DNA of 64,000 nt. Origin: Plasmodiophora brassicae (lineage: Eukaryota). The notes under the pieces were generated by a model. That model was not told where the DNA came from and searched no databases. It worked only from the letters and a program-made list of their open reading frames with translations. Positions 62,140 through 64,000 of the stretch are shown here, in pieces (position 1 is the first letter of the stretch; every line of letters starts with the position of its first letter). The position numbers and the translations under genes are program-made. Where the stretch lies: the NCBI GenBank assembly GCA_036867785.1, contig CP145420.1, positions 930,001-994,000 of the forward strand, given 5' to 3'.

Positions 62140-64000
62140 TCAGATTTCAGCAATGGGGACAGCAATTGGAGCAGAGCGTTTCGGAGATTGTCCAAGGGCA
62201 AGAATCGCCTGCATCAGCCGGTCGAAATCGACAGATCCTAACCCAGTGACAGGGTCGAACCCCTTCGTGGCAGTGAATCCAAATTTGCAGCAGCTTAGGC
62301 CGTCTCCAGCAACGCAACGATTGTTCCCCTTGACAACATCTTTGAAAACGCCATTCGCACCGCTCAGCTTGTACAGAAGCGGGTTGACGAACCCGACAGG
62401 GGGGCGACCCAATGACAAGAGCCGCCCGTTGACAAGGGACAGCATGCCGGCAAACACAGGAGCCGAGGCACTGGTTCCCGACTCAGCAGTGAACTGCCCC
62501 CCGTCGACGATGATGTAATTGTATCCCAACAAAGAGACATCAGGGTAGGCGCGGCCTGGGACGCTCGCAGTTATTATCCATAGCTTAGCATGACCGCCTG
62601 CCTGCGTAGCTTTACCTTCGCGGCTGTACATGTAATGAGGAGGCAAATCAGCAGGATCCGAGTTCGTGAAAAAGTCGTTGATCGCTGCATCCTGGTAGTG
62701 TGGCCTTTTGAATACAGTACTGAAACCGCCCCCTGATGTCACGATTCCTCCTGTACGGATAAACACATGAGCGCCAGCGAGTCTGATAACGGAACGGCGA
62801 CGCACCGGTGTCGCTGGAACAAGCAACCTCTTCGCGACCAGATTCGGGGCCTTGTGTTGCTCCGACCTGACCACGATAATTCAGTACAGCGTAAGCAACT
62901 CCCTAATCACACATCCGTTACAGAAACAACGTAAGGGGAGGAAGCTGGGAATGACGGTGAGAATCCGCACTTGTCGAGATCGGATCGAGCGTCAAAGTTG
63001 GCGACGCCGTCATCTCCGGACTACATTGACGATTAACTGCCGCAAGACATCCACCGACGAGCCACGAGACTCACGCTGACAACGACAGTAATACCACGGA
63101 TGCCCAACTTCTGAATCTCTTCATCGAAACGACGCATCACCGCAGGATCCTCCTCAGGGTCACCGTAGCTGGCCAATGTTCAGCCAGTTGCGAAGCGCTT
63201 TAGTTCGCAGGTCATATACCTGATCGAGTGCACAAGTGGTGCCGAAGAATCGTTGGAAACGGCAATCGCCCAATCAAGGAACGGTTCTACCTCGCCGACC
63301 ATGCTCCCTATTGACACCGTTTCTGAATTTTCAACTTGATCGAAATACGCAACCGGTTCCTACGTACAGTAGGTAGTCGGGCCATCTGACATAGCGAGCA
63401 TGTACTGGACATCAAGATTGGCTAAGGAAACGCGTCAGCGACATCGAGAAAGGTTGGCATCCCCTCAAAACCTTCTCCACACTGATCCGGATGATCATTG
63501 CAGGCGTCCTCCTGGTTCGGACCGATCACGTCGACAATGTCGCTCTTAGGCAAGCCGAACTCATTTTGGAACTGGTGCAGATCGTTTGGACTGTAACTCT
63601 GCCCGAGACTCTCGAACAAAGCCTGCGTTGCACGTTGATCTTCCACGTGGTTCGACTTGACGTTGTAGACTTTGTTGATCAGGTCAGGCGTGACGTATCC
63701 CTGGACTTTACGACCGGCTTTGGTCCGAACCCCTGGACGCTGGGGAACATGGTGCTTCACCGACACAAAATCAACGTGCATGGCGATCGGTGGAGGGAGT
63801 TTCGCCGACGTCCCCGTCAGTTTCAGGATCGAATGGGCCAGCGGTACAGGCACGGAACGAGCAACAACGAACTCCCCATTAACGGTCATGTCGATTTGTT
63901 TCTCCAGGCCGCGCGACCGCAGGAAGGCAGTAATGGAATCCAATGCGGCATCGTTCCTGGTCAGCCGCGCGAGCTGGTCCAGCGTCAAGTACTGCCCATA
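62140..64000 (-). CDS. Sedolisin / tripeptidyl-peptidase (S53) serine protease; 5' end outside the window
   Basis: Prodomain YLTLDQLARL, NLDVQY, SGGGFS, GRAYPDVS, SGTSASAPVFAG and GFDPVTGLGS. Confidence 0.93.

Overview
Compact, GC-rich eukaryotic nuclear DNA with short GT-AG introns, from a flagellated protist. The gene style is consistent with a phytomyxid such as Plasmodiophora (inference). Positions 1-33 kb and 49.6-53.3 kb are gene-dense: rhomboid, CCCH+SAC3/GANP, ARL6/BBS3, SK-type K+ channel, a secreted tandem-repeat glycoprotein, a very large membrane protein built from a D-hydrophobic-[Y/W]R repeat, TFIIS, an IQ protein, a GDSAG hydrolase, PTPA, a CNH-domain protein, a minimal COX4, COQ4, uL22m and DPH1. 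A ~2 kb inverted duplication (23.3-25.0 kb vs 31.7-33.7 kb) brackets 6.6 kb of genes. Positions 33.8-49.4 kb and 53.6-61.3 kb are transposon nests. They contain a Harbinger remnant, a CACTA transposase pseudogene ending in a 364-bp fold-back, and a KDZ (Dileera/Zisupton-type) transposase with an intact DEDDy 3'-5' exonuclease inserted in its core, split by a young chromodomain Ty3/Gypsy element. They also contain an atp1-derived insert inside a CACTG terminus, a mini-Helitron, a hAT element with a hairpin-derived flanking palindrome, a complete non-autonomous CACTG element and a decayed Gypsy. A secreted RING-H2 candidate effector and a sedolisin (S53) gene lie near the end. Exon boundaries were read by eye and are approximate.
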